Shown here: one piece after another, positions 10,701-19,513 of the stretch | Numbering within the stretch: position 1 is the stretch's first letter | How the letters are laid out: each line of letters begins with the position of its first letter | NCBI GenBank assembly: GCA_947475895.1 | Contig: CANJMF010000006.1 | Location: forward strand, 17,184-81,183 | Source: Fidelibacterota bacterium | GTDB lineage: Bacteria > Pseudomonadota > Alphaproteobacteria > Rhodospirillales > Rhodospirillaceae | Length of the DNA stretch: 64,000 nt | Direction of reading: 5' to 3' | The notes under the pieces: model-generated | The model's input: only the letters and a program-made list of their open reading frames with translations | Database searches by the model: none | Told to the model about the DNA's origin: nothing | Position numbers and translations under genes: made by a program

Positions 10701-10946
10701 CGCTTCATGCACATCGTACATGCCCTGAATGGCAGGCATGCGCACGCCTCTGAGTTTTTCAGAGGGCGCTAAAATTTCAATGCCGGCTTGCCGGGCAAAT
10801 TCCGGGATCGCGCGGCGTGCATCTTGAGCGGGAACATTAAAAACGCGCTCTTGAGCGAGTGCGCTGCCACTCCAGATCATCATTGCCAAAACGGTCGGCG
10901 CGGCCGTGCGATAGTAATAGGATTTCAGTGAGCGCGATTTCATCAA
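7746..10946 (-). CDS. TonB-dependent receptor/transducer with N-terminal STN signalling domain
   Basis: 1066 aa. After the signal peptide comes an STN-like block (FNVPAQDARRAIPEFARQAGIEIL...LTIASEEGKFITLRN), then a plug (EEIVVTGSRI...) and a long beta-barrel region. It lies just downstream of the FecR and ECF sigma genes. Confidence 0.85.
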   Translation of the reverse strand: MMKSRSLKSYYYRTAAPTVLAMMIWSGSALAQERVFNVPAQDARRAIPEFARQAGIEILAPSEKLRGVRMPAIQGMYDVHEALAILLAGTGLTIASEEGKFITLRNQATPTLSKIAAVEVQVAQASSAPAASSQAAQAAPVEEIVVTGSRIIREGYEAPTPLTVVGAEALASRPDANLVDFLNSMPAVSGSNLPSSGQNLVNTGTVGLQILGLRSLGTARALVLLDGQRVVSSSVTGAIDVGTFPQQLVQRVDMITGGASAVYGSDAVSGVVNFILDRKFTGVKGEISGGLTNYGDGKNYKVDMSAGFGFADDRGHVLLSGEQLFNKGIQKSGDRDWNKRGVMYITNPTYSATNGQPQYLLLDQVAVANATLGGVIVSGPLKGTAFGSGGTPYKYQYGPLVSGNFMQGGDWAANNVQPNYDLDPVQSRQNVFTRVSYDVTDNLNMFIQYSWSQMTDRNDMNTNFILGGATGPTIKIDNAYLPDSVRAAMTANGLTTFQFGTLSADFKTSFGDDDLRVTNSIHAGVEGNFEAMDTTWRWSTYYAYGATKGGMHNPGGVQKSRFALAIDAVVNPANGQIVCRSTLTNPTNGCKPWNALGIGVNTGNDAAYNWMNNNGIGSFQHILNEETVYSASITGEPFSVPAGPVSVAVNLEHRLDSQASAADQYSTIFDHYVGNYGTVNGSQSVTEGSLETVIPLAKNESWAKSWDFTAAVRFTGYSLAGYVTTYKFGTTYAPIDDLKFRITRSRDIRAPTLYELFLTPQITLGSIFLDRFRSNETTPGTMGTATVGNPNLVPEKGDTTGIGVVFSPTFIDGFTASVDFWDVAISGALQAFGGQQIIDTCFDGTHPELCGNITRDSTGRISQINVFSINLASQNVRGLDLEASYRIPMSKVVDDWRGDLSLHGLMTFYLRDRINNTFIPTYDRVGQNGYSLGEGFPPNWKFDVTATYALDPVVVSVTGRGVSSGKFDSTYIECTSGCPTSTATRPTINNNFLGGRFYMDANVTYKMTFGETTSGEFFISAKNLLNTDPPLSGRGLGNQFFISIGSSPTLYDQFGTVYRAGLRFKM

Positions 10947-11155
10947 GTCCCCCCAAATTTAACGTCTGTATCTAATACTCTCCTGCCCCGGAGACGCTGT
11001 GCATCGCCGGGCCACAAGCAAGATGTATGGGCCGCCGATTTCCGCCGAAGCGCGAAGCAGATTGGAAACTTTTTTTGACGTTAAAAAGCGTGGCGCAGTG
11101 CAGCAATTTTGGTGCAACGCAATATCGCGCAGAACGGCGAACGCGCCGCAGAAAA

Positions 11156-12172
11156 CTAGAGTCGCAGCAGCCGTATTTCCTGGCCGTTGACGTCGACTTT
11201 CAAGCCAAAGCTTGCAGCTGCCGCATTTGCGAAGCCGATAGGATTGGTCGCAAAGAAGCGCCCGGTGATTGTGAGTTCCGCAACCTTACGATCCGGAATC
11301 ACAATACGCATGTCCGAATAGCGTACATATTCTTCCGCCATCATCGCGAGGCTTACGTCCTCGATTTCGAACAATCCCTGTTGCCAGGCCAGTTCGTGCG
11401 AGAGTTCGGTCGGGTCCACTGACATAACGTTCAAGGCCGGACCGGAAATCGACGCTATCACACGCATGTCGGCGCCAACGCGCACCGGAACCGTGTCGAT
11501 GTGAGCGCCGACGTCGACAATTCCTTCATACACAAGCACTTCGGGAGCGCGCGCCTGCGTGTTACGGACGACGAAGCTCGTCCCGACCGCCCGCACCTGA
11601 AGCCCACGGGTCGAGACGGTGAAGGGACGCGCCTTATCTTTCGCGACATCGAACAGCGCCCTGCCCTCGACGAGCTGCACTTCGCGCGCGTGCTGAAGAT
11701 ACCTCACGGCAATGGTCGATGCCGTATCGAGGGTCACGAGCGTGCCGTCGGAAAGTGGGACTTTCAAAATCTCACCGCGTCGTGCGCTATAGGTGACGAC
11801 GGGCACGCTAGGCTTCAACATAAGTGCGGAAACCGAAGCCGCCGCGGCAGTCGCAATGCCGCCGCCAAGCCACAGAAGACGCCGACGCGAGACACCTCGG
11901 ACCGCTTGCTTGCCCCCGGCATCCCGCGCCATGAAAAATGACGTAATGGCTTCTTGATTGAGTGTTTGGACGGCGTTGTAATCAAGATAAGCCAACGCGG
12001 CTTGCGCGCGGGCATGGGCCCCGCGATGGCGGCTGCTCGTCGCGAGCCATTGCGCAAGCTTTTGGGCGCCTTCGGGATCCAACGGGCCGCGGTCGACACG
12101 CGCAACCCATTCGGCTGCGACGGTATCTAGCTGGTCGCTCGACTCCTGTAGGCCTTCACTATTCTTGTACAT
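11156..12172 (-). CDS. FecR-family anti-sigma factor / transmembrane sensor
   Basis: N-terminal anti-sigma region (AAEWVARVDRGPLDP...AQWLATSSRH), a central TM segment (LLWLGGGIATAAAASVSALML) and a C-terminal FecR domain. It lies between the ECF sigma gene and the STN-TBDR gene. Confidence 0.8.
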   Translation of the reverse strand: MYKNSEGLQESSDQLDTVAAEWVARVDRGPLDPEGAQKLAQWLATSSRHRGAHARAQAALAYLDYNAVQTLNQEAITSFFMARDAGGKQAVRGVSRRRLLWLGGGIATAAAASVSALMLKPSVPVVTYSARRGEILKVPLSDGTLVTLDTASTIAVRYLQHAREVQLVEGRALFDVAKDKARPFTVSTRGLQVRAVGTSFVVRNTQARAPEVLVYEGIVDVGAHIDTVPVRVGADMRVIASISGPALNVMSVDPTELSHELAWQQGLFEIEDVSLAMMAEEYVRYSDMRIVIPDRKVAELTITGRFFATNPIGFANAAAASFGLKVDVNGQEIRLLRL

Positions 12173-12213
12173 GCCGCCAACTCAATCCAAATCGAAGCGA
12201 TCGCTTCACGCGC

Positions 12214-12834
12214 TCAAACAGACGTCTTGCTGCCACTGCCTAACAAAGGAGTGATCGGCAAAGGGTCTTTCGAGACGTGGATCGCCTCACTACTTGGAGT
12301 GTCGGCGGAAAGTTTTCCGCCACGCTTAAATGCAGTCATCAGAGCTTCTACGCCCTGGGCTACACATTTTTCAACGATATTTTCTGATATTCCAAGGCGT
12401 TGTACGACTTCTCGCTGCGACAGGCCATTAATACGGCGCAAGACAAAAACATCGCGGACGCGCTGGGGTAGCGCCTTGATCGCCTCTTCGACGCCCCGCA
12501 ACTCCTCCCGGTCGCACACTTGGCATTCCGGAGACGGCATGTCGGTGGTGGCCTCGAGAGCGTCGAGATTGGCGACCGTGGTGATCGAGACAATCCGGGC
12601 ACGCCGCAGCTGCGCCAGAATAATCGAGTACGCCGTTTGAAAGGCGTACTGCTTTGGATTGCGTATGTTTTCGACGGACTTGAGTTCGGAGAGGATGGCG
12701 TAAGTCTCTTGAACGACGTCGTCGACATCGATTTCTCTAAACTGACGACTCTTCAACCACCGCCGTAATGGTAGCTCATACGGCATCACGAAACGCGCAA
12801 GCCAAATAGCCCGGTCGTTCGAACTCTCTCCCAT
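12214..12834 (-). CDS. ECF (sigma-70 family) RNA polymerase sigma factor, FecI-like
   Basis: Region 2 (DVDDVVQETYAIL) and region 4 HTH (LPQRVRDVFVLRRINGLSQREVVQRLGISENIVEKCVAQG). It is the first gene of the cluster. Confidence 0.85.
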   Translation of the reverse strand: MGESSNDRAIWLARFVMPYELPLRRWLKSRQFREIDVDDVVQETYAILSELKSVENIRNPKQYAFQTAYSIILAQLRRARIVSITTVANLDALEATTDMPSPECQVCDREELRGVEEAIKALPQRVRDVFVLRRINGLSQREVVQRLGISENIVEKCVAQGVEALMTAFKRGGKLSADTPSSEAIHVSKDPLPITPLLGSGSKTSV

Positions 12835-13062
12835 AGCGAGATCATATCCCCCGCCCCTTACCAGGCAAGGCGTTTACCCATCGGAAACGCGATGCCTAGA
12901 GGATAGATGCAAAAATCCCACAACCCCTGGATGGCCTTCGCACGGCGACCTGGAATACTGTCAGTCTCGACAACTCTGGACTGTATCGACCGCTCTCACC
13001 GTCATCATCTCATTACCGCTACACATGAAATGTACTCACGTGCCGCGGATGAAGAGACGTGC

Positions 13063-14391
13063 TCAGACTTTCTCGAGATCGTTCTTGTAGGTCTCTTTGA
13101 CGAGGAGCACGGAAATCGTGGTGATGGTGCACACGATCGCCATGTAAACCGATATGGCGAGCGTCGTTCCAAACTCTGCCAGTACGGCGGTCGCAATGAG
13201 CGGTGCAATGGCGCCGCCAAGTACCGTACCGATTTGATAACCGAGTGACGCGCCGGAGTAACGCACCTTGGTCGAGAACATTTCCGAGAACAAAGCGGCC
13301 TGCGGTCCATACGCGAGGCCGACGAAACAAAGGCCAACGCTGATGGCGATGACAATGTTTGCGAAGCTCTTCGTCTGGATCAGCGGGAACATCACAAACG
13401 CCCAGATGCCGAGCATCACTGTACCGAAGAGGTAAATACCGCGTCGACCCAGCTTGTCGGAAATGGCGCCGCCCAGAAAAATCATAGGCCCCATGAACAC
13501 CGCGCCGATCGTGACGGCGATCAACATGGTGTTGCGCGGAATCCCGAGACCGGCGGGGTTCGCCGCGTACCCGACCGAGAATGTAATCAAAATGTAGAAC
13601 GCCATGGACAACGCCATCATCGCGCCTGCTGCCAGCGCGATTTGCTTCGGATAAGTCGTGAGCACTTCGAACATCGGCGGCTTCACCGGCTTCGCAACCA
13701 CTTCCTTTGTTGCATCCAACTTCTTCTTCTCTTCGATCAGATGCTGGAACGCAGGTGTGTCTTCAAGATAAAGCTGAACATAGAGCGCGATGCCGATCAG
13801 GATGACGCTCAACAGGAACGGCACGCGCCAGCCCCACGAGATAAAATCTTCTTCCGCAAGTTGAGTGCTGAAGGCGAGAAAGATGACGTTCGCGAGAATG
13901 ATGCCCAACGACACACCGGCCTGCGCAAAGCTGCCATAAAATCCGCGGCGCTCAATCGGAGCCACTTCGGTCACGAGCAACACAGCGCCGCCCCACTGAC
14001 CGCCGAATGCCAACCCTTGCGCGAGACGCAGCGCAATCAGCAGAATCGGCGCCAACACGCCAACGCTTTCATAGGTCGGTAGCAGCCCGATCAACGTTGT
14101 GGCGCCGCCCATGAGCATGAGCGCAACGACCAATGCTTTTTTACGGCCATACTTGTCGCCGTAGTTTCCAAACAGAATGCCGCCCAAAGGCCGCACGAGA
14201 AATCCGAGAGCGAACGTTGCAAACGCGGCCACGAGGGCTACCAGCGGCGGAAGGTCGGCCGAGAAGAAAACCCGGGGAAAAACGAATGCCGCGGCGCTGC
14301 TATAGAGCGAGAAGTCGTACCACTCGACGCTGGCGCCGCCGAGCGCGGTAAACGCTACTTTATTAATCGACCGTTTTGTTACCTGCTCCAT
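13063..14391 (-). CDS. MFS transporter, metabolite:H+ symporter (MHS) family
   Basis: 442 aa with a 12-TM-like profile. VEWYDFSLY and GNYGDKYGRKKAL are typical of the ProP/KgtP/ShiA-type MHS family. Confidence 0.8.
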   Translation of the reverse strand: MEQVTKRSINKVAFTALGGASVEWYDFSLYSSAAAFVFPRVFFSADLPPLVALVAAFATFALGFLVRPLGGILFGNYGDKYGRKKALVVALMLMGGATTLIGLLPTYESVGVLAPILLIALRLAQGLAFGGQWGGAVLLVTEVAPIERRGFYGSFAQAGVSLGIILANVIFLAFSTQLAEEDFISWGWRVPFLLSVILIGIALYVQLYLEDTPAFQHLIEEKKKLDATKEVVAKPVKPPMFEVLTTYPKQIALAAGAMMALSMAFYILITFSVGYAANPAGLGIPRNTMLIAVTIGAVFMGPMIFLGGAISDKLGRRGIYLFGTVMLGIWAFVMFPLIQTKSFANIVIAISVGLCFVGLAYGPQAALFSEMFSTKVRYSGASLGYQIGTVLGGAIAPLIATAVLAEFGTTLAISVYMAIVCTITTISVLLVKETYKNDLEKV

Positions 14392-14471
14392 CGCCTCGTC
14401 CCCTAAACCTAAATAAATGCGCCGCCGACACTACGTGTGCGGTCCCGGATATCCAATAGTTTAATTGAGTT

Positions 14472-15407
14472 TTACAACCGATCTGCGGCCCGGCGCTGCT
14501 CATAGGACTTCAAATGTAGGTGAGCAACCTCGAGTATGTGCGCCCGCACGCCATATTGCTTCGCCACATTGAGCATGTACCCCAAAATGTGGTCGCTTTC
14601 GATAGGTCCGCCGCGCTCGATATCGTAAAGCATCGATGCACTCACCCCGTTATTCACATCGGTCAGGACTTTCCGCGCGCGTTCAAGAAAGGCCGCTGAC
14701 GGACGCCGCCCCACCTTCTCCGCAATCGCCGCACTCTCCTCCAGCGTCTCGACCATCATATCCGCGCCGCCCGCCAGAATGATTTCGCGTACCGTCGCGC
14801 GCATCAAACATGTCATCGTCGCGATTGTACAAAGCTGCACCACCTTGTCCCACATCTCTTGCATGATGTGCGGCACGGCCGCGGCGACCACAGCCGTTTT
14901 TCCGAACGCCGCGACAAAAGATGTTACCCGGTCCGACATCTCGCCAGTTTGTTCACCTACGGTGATGAAGCGCCAGTCATTGTGATGATTGATCGTGCCG
15001 TCCGCGCCCAACGTCGCGGAAATACGCACGACGCCGCCCAACACCCGCTCCGCACCAAAGCGTTTGTTCAACACCTCCATGTGCGCGAGGCCATTCAAAA
15101 ACGGCAGCACGGCGGTCTTCGGACCAACCGCCGACGCGATGGCTTCGATAGACGCGTCGAGGTCATAGGCCTTGCACGCCAAAACGACGATATCGAACGG
15201 CGCCTGTCCAGCGAGGTCCTTGGCAGTGATCGCGTTCACAGGCGCTTGGAAGTCCCCGCACGCGGGGCTGTTGATGACGAGACCGTTCTTATCCAACGCG
15301 GCCTTGCGGCCATCGCGCACGAGAAATGTAACGTCCTGTCCTGCTTCCACCAGCCGGCCGCCGAAGTAACCGCCCATGGCGCCGGCGCCCAGAATCAAGA
15401 TTCGCAT
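14472..15407 (-). CDS. ketopantoate (2-dehydropantoate) reductase family protein
   Basis: MRILILGAGAMGGYFGGRL Rossmann start and ApbA/PanE-like length. I prefer the ATG at 15407, preceded by GAAGGGA, over the TTG at 15422 used by the ORF track. Confidence 0.75.
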   Translation of the reverse strand: MRILILGAGAMGGYFGGRLVEAGQDVTFLVRDGRKAALDKNGLVINSPACGDFQAPVNAITAKDLAGQAPFDIVVLACKAYDLDASIEAIASAVGPKTAVLPFLNGLAHMEVLNKRFGAERVLGGVVRISATLGADGTINHHNDWRFITVGEQTGEMSDRVTSFVAAFGKTAVVAAAVPHIMQEMWDKVVQLCTIATMTCLMRATVREIILAGGADMMVETLEESAAIAEKVGRRPSAAFLERARKVLTDVNNGVSASMLYDIERGGPIESDHILGYMLNVAKQYGVRAHILEVAHLHLKSYEQRRAADRL

Positions 15408-15486
15408 AAATTGTCCCTTCAAAATCCTGCCGCACCCTGCAATACCGTATGACGGACTGTAAAGCCGCTAATGGAAGGAAAACCCC

Positions 15487-16161
15487 ATGCTGAAATTCTA
15501 TTTCAACGGCTCGCCCAATCCGACCAAGATCGCGCTCTTCCTCGAGGAAGCCGGCATCGACTACACGCCCGTACCGGTCGATCCGCGCAAGGGCGAGCAA
15601 CACCAGCCCGCGTTCCTCGCCGTCAATCCCAACGGCAAAGTCCCCGCCATCGACGATAACGGCGTCATCGTTTTCGACAGCAACGCCATCTTGCTTTATC
15701 TCGCCGAGAAAACCGGAAAGTTCCTGCCGCAAAACCGCGCGGAGCTTTTGTCGTGGTTGATGTTCGTCGCAACCGGCATCGCGCCCTACGCTGGCCAAGC
15801 CGTGCACTTCAAACACTTCGCGCCGGAGAAAGTGCCCTACGCGCATAACCGCTATCAGTTCGAGGCCACGCGCCATTTCTCCATCGCCGATGCGCACCTC
15901 GCCAAACATCGCTACATGCTTGGCGACACATACACCATTGTCGACATGTCGTTGTGGGGATGGGCGCGCATGCTGCCCTTCGTTCTCGGCGAAGAGGCCT
16001 GGGCGAAGTTGCCGAACTTAAAGCGCCTCACCGACGAGATCACCGCCCGGCCCGCGGCCGCGCGCGCGGTCGCGTTGAAAGAGAAGTTCCCTTTCAAAAC
16101 CGAAATGGACGACGACGCGCGCCGTCACATGTTCAAACACCTGGCGAGCGCCGCGTCGTAG
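15487..16161 (+). CDS. glutathione S-transferase
   Basis: N-terminal thioredoxin-like GST fold (SPNPTKIALFLEEAGIDY...NPNGKVPAIDDNGVIVFDSNAILLYLAEK) and a C-terminal alpha domain. Confidence 0.85.
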   Translation: MLKFYFNGSPNPTKIALFLEEAGIDYTPVPVDPRKGEQHQPAFLAVNPNGKVPAIDDNGVIVFDSNAILLYLAEKTGKFLPQNRAELLSWLMFVATGIAPYAGQAVHFKHFAPEKVPYAHNRYQFEATRHFSIADAHLAKHRYMLGDTYTIVDMSLWGWARMLPFVLGEEAWAKLPNLKRLTDEITARPAAARAVALKEKFPFKTEMDDDARRHMFKHLASAAS

Positions 16162-16167
16162 CTAAAC

Positions 16168-16620
16168 TTATTTCCAGGGCGTGACCGGCGGCACAGCGCA
16201 CGGCGCTTCGGCATCCACCGTGCCGAAGTTCGCCGGACCGACGATTTCGAGATATTCCATATCGGGCGAGTAATCGAACAGGTAGTGCGTGATGCCCGGG
16301 CGTTGGTGAACGCAATCGCCCGCTTCCACCAGCGTCACCTTGTCCTCATACATGAACTTGGCCCAGCCCTTGGTCATGATGACGATCTGAAATTCAGCGA
16401 TATGCTTGTGCCAACCGGTTCCGTTCGAGGGCGGTGCCTTGGCTTTGACCAAGTGAGCGATGACTTTGCCGTTGGTCGCGGCGGCGACGCCAAGATCGCG
16501 ATACTGGAAAAAACCGCGCAGGCCGCCGTCTTCGAAATTCGTATCGTTGGGTTTGACGTGGGAAAATGTCGTTGCACTTCCGTCGAGCATTGCATGTCTC
16601 CTCTGGATCGAACTGATCAA
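16168..16620 (-). CDS. cupin domain protein
   Basis: 150 aa. GTGWHKH...EFQIVIMTKGWAKF...GDCVHQRPGITH has a cupin-like two-motif layout. Confidence 0.6.
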   Translation of the reverse strand: MISSIQRRHAMLDGSATTFSHVKPNDTNFEDGGLRGFFQYRDLGVAAATNGKVIAHLVKAKAPPSNGTGWHKHIAEFQIVIMTKGWAKFMYEDKVTLVEAGDCVHQRPGITHYLFDYSPDMEYLEIVGPANFGTVDAEAPCAVPPVTPWK

Positions 16621-16707
16621 CCAAAGGCTCGCGCTCTCTCCGCCGCTGCATCCTTGCGAGCACTCGCTTCACAAGCGCCGGGCAACTCCCCCAAACGTCA
16701 TCCCGTG

Positions 16708-17763
16708 CTACGGATTGTTCGAACAACCGTCCGTAACGCTAACGCGCTTCATGTTGCGGTGCAATATAATCCACGGCATTTCTGCTGGGCGCGCTTTGTC
16801 GCTGAAAAACCATGCAATATCCTGATTTGGCTCGCGATTTACCGGAAGACGTTTGTCAGCCCGTACCGCTCGGGCGACCGAACGCATTGTAATAGTAACC
16901 GCCCGCCGGCAGTTCTTGCGCATCGGCCTCCAGCGCCCTTTGGTGCGACGTGGCGATTTGCCCAGGCGCGTGTCCATTGAGACGACGCAAAAGTCGATTC
17001 CGGAAGCGCCTAACACCCTCTGCAGCTCAGACGTATGCAGCGGCGTAAAAAACGGGTTGAACACCTCGTGATAAAACGTGGCGTCCGGCAGCGATGCTGT
17101 CTGCTGCATTCCGTGCAACATCAAGGACGGATGCCTTGGGTCGACGCCCTGCGCCAGGGTTTGTAGTAACTGCCGCGCACGGGCTACGGCTTCAAGTGGA
17201 TTGGACGTTGGCGCAATCCCATTGCGCAGCAGCCCGTGCACATAGGCGCGCATAGCCGGAAGTGTTCCCGAATAATAACTGATCAACGCCACACCGCCTG
17301 GGCGCAGGCAATTCGCAATCACCTCAAAAACGCGCGCCCTTACTTCCGGCGGCACCACATAGACGGTGCCCACGGCGTAAATGACGTCGAAGGTTCCAAG
17401 CTGCTCGGCTTTCACGTCGAGCAAATCCGCATTGAGAATCTGCGCACGGTCGCCAAATTCACGGCAGCGTTCAACGGCACGGCGGCAATTCTCCACGCCG
17501 AGATCGACGCCGACCAGTCGACCCGAGGCTTCGCGCCCCGCGCGGCTGAGCTGCACACCCGCCCCGCACCCCAGATCAAGAATGTCTCCCGCCGACGCGT
17601 GACACCCGTAAGTCCGCCCAACGTTCAGCACGTTCTTCGGATCCAGCAGCGGTTCCGGGGCCTCTTCGTAGTGCAGGGCATCGTAGTCGTGGGCGATACG
17701 CGCGTTCCCCGTCCGAACCTCGGCTAAAACGCGCGCTTCCAATTCAGGTGAAGGGCCGGTCAT
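16708..17763 (-). CDS. class I SAM-dependent methyltransferase; C-terminal ~95 codons look out of frame
   Basis: ILDLGCGAGV motif I and a good N-terminal ~250 aa. The tail (KSPRRTKGRWRPMRKNCRRAV...) is Arg-rich and shadow-like. See the finding at 16708-17030. Confidence 0.6.
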   Translation of the reverse strand: MTGPSPELEARVLAEVRTGNARIAHDYDALHYEEAPEPLLDPKNVLNVGRTYGCHASAGDILDLGCGAGVQLSRAGREASGRLVGVDLGVENCRRAVERCREFGDRAQILNADLLDVKAEQLGTFDVIYAVGTVYVVPPEVRARVFEVIANCLRPGGVALISYYSGTLPAMRAYVHGLLRNGIAPTSNPLEAVARARQLLQTLAQGVDPRHPSLMLHGMQQTASLPDATFYHEVFNPFFTPLHTSELQRVLGASGIDFCVVSMDTRLGKSPRRTKGRWRPMRKNCRRAVTITMRSVARAVRADKRLPVNREPNQDIAWFFSDKARPAEMPWIILHRNMKRVSVTDGCSNNP

Positions 17764-17772
17764 GAGTGCCGG

Positions 17773-18240
17773 TTAATTCGCGGGCCGCGGTGCGGTTTCT
17801 TCCAAGTCGGGAAATTCGCTCGGCGACGATCTGCGCGGCGGCGCGCTTGATTCCGGTGAACCGCTCGTGTGTCCTGCATCTTCAAGCTCGGGGAATTCAC
17901 TTTGCGGCGGCGTTCTCCGATAAGCAGGTCGCGGCACATCGAAGCGCTGAGTGCCCGCATCCGGTCCCGGTCCGCGCATCATGCCGGGTCCGCTTATTCC
18001 CCCGCGCATTCCCATACCGAAAATCCCAGGCGGCCGTTCCCCAGGATGCTTGGCGCGATAAATCGCACCCGCCGACATGCCCAGAAACACCAACCCGCCC
18101 AAAATAAACATCCAGATCGCAAGATATTTCCCGAACGTACGCAGCGGCCCGTCCGTCTGGCGCGAGAGCACCATCACGATGTAGGCACCGGCTACGATGG
18201 CCGTCGCCGGAATCAAGATCGCGAATAGGAACATGCTCAT
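17773..18240 (-). CDS. small membrane protein with Gly/Met/Pro-rich tail
   Basis: Two predicted TM helices (FLFAILIPATAIVAGAYIVMVL, YLAIWMFILGGLVFLGMSAGAI), then GMGMRGGISGPGMMRGPGP and a duplicated SEFPELED / SEFPDLEE. Confidence 0.55.
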   Translation of the reverse strand: MSMFLFAILIPATAIVAGAYIVMVLSRQTDGPLRTFGKYLAIWMFILGGLVFLGMSAGAIYRAKHPGERPPGIFGMGMRGGISGPGMMRGPGPDAGTQRFDVPRPAYRRTPPQSEFPELEDAGHTSGSPESSAPPRRSSPSEFPDLEETAPRPAN

Positions 18241-18286
18241 CCTCCCTCACACGGCGCCGACAAAATTGCGACGCCGCGCAGCGCCT

Positions 18287-19300
18287 CTACTTCCCTGGAA
18301 AGATCTTCGAACGGAATTTTTCCAACACTTCGGGATTGGCCATACGCACCGGCGAGCCGAGCGCGAAGGCGTGCACGGTGTCGATGGTGTCCGTATAGAA
18401 GTAGTGCATGGCTTCGTTCACGTTGTAGCCCAAGTGCGGGGTCACGATCACGTTGTCCATGCTGCGGAACGGATGGTCCTTCGGTGGCGGTTCTTGCCAA
18501 AGCACGTCGAGGCCGGCGCCCGCGATCTTGCGATTTTTCAGCGCCTCGATCAGCGCGGGCTCATCGATCAGCGGTCCGCGCGACGGGTTGATAAGATAAG
18601 CCGTCGGCTTCATGCGTGCGATGTCTTCCGCGCCGACAATGCCGCGCGACCGGTCGCTGAGGATGTAGCTAACGATGATGACGTCGGATTGCTTGAAGAG
18701 CTGTTCCTTCGTGACGTAACGCACACCGACAGCGGCGGCCGACGACGCGTCGAGGTTTTGGCTCCAGCCGACAACGTTCATCTCGAAGGCTCTGCCGAAC
18801 TTGGCCATGTGTTGGCCGATGTTGCCCACACCGCACAGTCCCAGCGTCTTTCCTTTGAGAATGAAATCGCCGACGGTGTGTTGCCAGCCGCCGTTGCGGA
18901 AGTTGGCAACTTCCTGCGGGATGTGACGGACGGCCGCGATCATCAGGCCCCACGCCAACTCCGGTGTCGCCGTATTGATATGCGGCATCGTGCGGCGCAG
19001 ATAGTCGTGACACACGAGCACGCCGTTCTCGGTCGCCGCCGGTAAGTCCATGCCCACCAAACGCGGCGCGATGGTCGTCACCAGCTTCAAATTGGGCAAG
19101 GCCGCAAACAGGCTTTTCGGAAACAACATGCGCTCGCGAATGCTGCACACGATGTCGAACGGCTTCAGCACCGTCTTGGCTTCATCTTCGGACAGATGCT
19201 TGTTGATCGACGTGATCTCGCACGTGTTTTTGAGCGGCGACCAGTCGGCGTTCTTTTGCGCGGTACCCGTATAGTCGTCGAGAATTGCGAGTTTCAGCAT
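18287..19300 (-). CDS. D-isomer-specific 2-hydroxyacid dehydrogenase family protein
   Basis: NAD-binding GLCGVGNIGQHMA. The catalytic region has R (SRGPLID), E and H (TPHLGY). The start is taken at MLKLAILDDY (ATG 19300), preceded by GGAGG. Confidence 0.8.
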   Translation of the reverse strand: MLKLAILDDYTGTAQKNADWSPLKNTCEITSINKHLSEDEAKTVLKPFDIVCSIRERMLFPKSLFAALPNLKLVTTIAPRLVGMDLPAATENGVLVCHDYLRRTMPHINTATPELAWGLMIAAVRHIPQEVANFRNGGWQHTVGDFILKGKTLGLCGVGNIGQHMAKFGRAFEMNVVGWSQNLDASSAAAVGVRYVTKEQLFKQSDVIIVSYILSDRSRGIVGAEDIARMKPTAYLINPSRGPLIDEPALIEALKNRKIAGAGLDVLWQEPPPKDHPFRSMDNVIVTPHLGYNVNEAMHYFYTDTIDTVHAFALGSPVRMANPEVLEKFRSKIFPGK

Positions 19301-19513
19301 GGTGTCCTCCCCAAATTTTCTGCTGTCCAGCACGGCGCGAAAAAGCGTCAGGCCAGCGTACCGATGCGCGAACGTAACAGGCCCCTCAGGCCCGAGGCAA
19401 CCCGCAACCGGCCCGCACTTTAACGTGCTTTTTAAGATGCGTTTTTAAAGCGAAAATGTTGCGTTGCACCGGTATGCTGTTGCCTTGGGGATATTTGGAC
19501 ATAAGGGGCGCAC

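Noticed and set aside
11038-11043. GGAAAT (minus strand) as a possible FecI-type -35 element upstream of the TonB-dependent receptor gene
   Set aside because: It is a single hexamer with no clearly matching -10 element at the right spacing, and my memory of the consensus is imprecise.
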